From positions 62,001-126,000 of the forward strand of contig JBEWZL010000096.1 of NCBI GenBank assembly GCA_045837725.1: a DNA stretch of 64,000 bases, in the 5' to 3' direction. How positions within the stretch are numbered: the stretch's first letter is position 1; the number at the start of each line of letters is the position of its first letter. This stretch comes from Vermamoeba vermiformis. Its lineage: Eukaryota. The notes beneath the pieces were generated by a model. That model did not search any database, was not told the DNA's origin, and worked only from the letters and a program-made list of their open reading frames with translations. The translations under genes and the position numbers were made by a program. Below, piece after piece: positions 62,949 to 64,000 of this stretch.

Positions 62949-63718
62949 ATGTACCCTTACGGAGGAGGCTATCCCCAAACCACCGTCTATGGTGGCTATC
63001 CTGGTACCACTACCACGACTACTTACGTGTCCATCCCTCAAAGCTATGTTTACAACCCTTCCATGTACTACTATGAAGTTCCTTATGATCCCTTCATGCC
63101 CTTCATTCCTCCCATGGGTACGTACGATTATACATAGCTTCTTGACCAAGTTTATCGCATAAATTGCCGATTTTTGGACCCAAAATTAAATCTACCGAAT
63201 TTTTTTTTATCCTTTCAAAAAATGCTAAAAATATCAAATATGAAATCGTGAACTAACGTGATCGTGTACAGGTGTTCCTCCCCACATTGCTCAAAGAATG
63301 ATGAATGCCTCTGCTGTTTTCCGCAGATTCGACATGAACCGCTCTGGTATGATGGAATATAACGAATGGATGATGGCTATGTCTGCTTTGGGTATGTATA
63401 TCGCGCGATTGCTTATTTCTATGGTTATTTGAGCTAGGGAGCTCGCAGGAATTTCCCTCTTGAATTTGACCGTTTTTTTTTACTTTGGTGCCGATCTTGT
63501 TCTAACCGCCAGTATTTCAGGTTACATGATGAACCCTATGGACGCTCCTCGTTTGTTTGCTATGATCGACAGAGATCGCTCTGGCCGTATTAGCGGTAAG
63601 TGGTCTTTCACGAACGGATGAAACCTGAACCGAAACTTTTTTTTAACAAATCAATCTAATTGAATTTTTATATTCAGAGCGTGAATTCGTTGAATACTGG
63701 GCCCAATACGGCTGGTAA
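62949..63718 (+). CDS. Small two-EF-hand Ca2+-binding protein with Y/P/G/T-rich N-terminus
   Basis: Four exons: MYPYGGGYPQTTVYGGYPG...; EF loops DMNRSGMMEYNE and DRDRSGRISERE. Confidence 0.85.
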
Positions 63719-64000
63719 ACGAGCTGCCTGCAAGCCGTGCAAAGGCGCCTCGAAGCTCGTGCACGAGAAATCCGTCCTTTACTTAGCGGTAAAATAAACT
63801 GTTTTTATTATTTTTCAGAAACGACTGCGTTTAATTATTCATATTTTCTTCGATTTCGGTATCATTACTGAGCTTTGGCCGCACCAAACTAGCTAGAGCG
63901 TAAATTTACGACCTAATCCGGCAAATTACGCCCGCTTGTGCGCGACCGAATCTTTCTATGAAACAAATGAGGTGTGATTTATTTCATATGTACAAGATTC

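Noticed and set aside
1-64000. rRNA, tRNA, transposase, reverse transcriptase or giant-virus genes
   Set aside because: None was recognised by eye. tRNAscan-SE, Infernal and HMM searches were not run, so small RNAs cannot be excluded.

Overview
Compact, intron-rich eukaryotic DNA with short AT-rich GT-AG introns and mostly short intergenic gaps. The gene content (Clu-domain/LRR fusion, RhoGEF-MORN, Crinkler-like genes) suggests a free-living protist, probably an amoebozoan (inference). I assembled about 26 spliced genes by hand: carboxylesterase (3' end only), mitochondrial Lon, two SAM methyltransferases, a MetX/Cys2-family acyltransferase, a large bacterial-looking surface protein, Arp4, kinesin-14, an HSD17B10-like SDR, a secreted Cys-rich protein, a Gos1-like SNARE, two Crinkler-like genes, gluconokinase, a Clu+LRR protein, a 72-aa microprotein, four F-box genes (three fused to a degenerate RasGAP-like domain), an FG-GAP surface protein, an RBR E3 ligase, a sucrose-transporter-family MFS, an EVH1-RhoGEF-PH-MORN protein, an MFSD2/MelB transporter, UTP6 and a small EF-hand protein. 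Four observations stand out. (1) A GH32 invertase gene is cut mid-exon into two intact halves about 10.6 kb apart on opposite strands; flipping 33639..44249 restores one in-frame gene next to the sucrose transporter. (2) A sharply bounded CpG desert of about 1.7 kb lies over a Crinkler-like NTPase gene. (3) There is a small family of F-box + pseudo-RasGAP genes. (4) A GATC/GGATCC-type motif recurs in introns. I recognised no rRNA, tRNA, CRISPR or transposase. CDS coordinates are gene spans from start to stop codon, introns included, read by eye.
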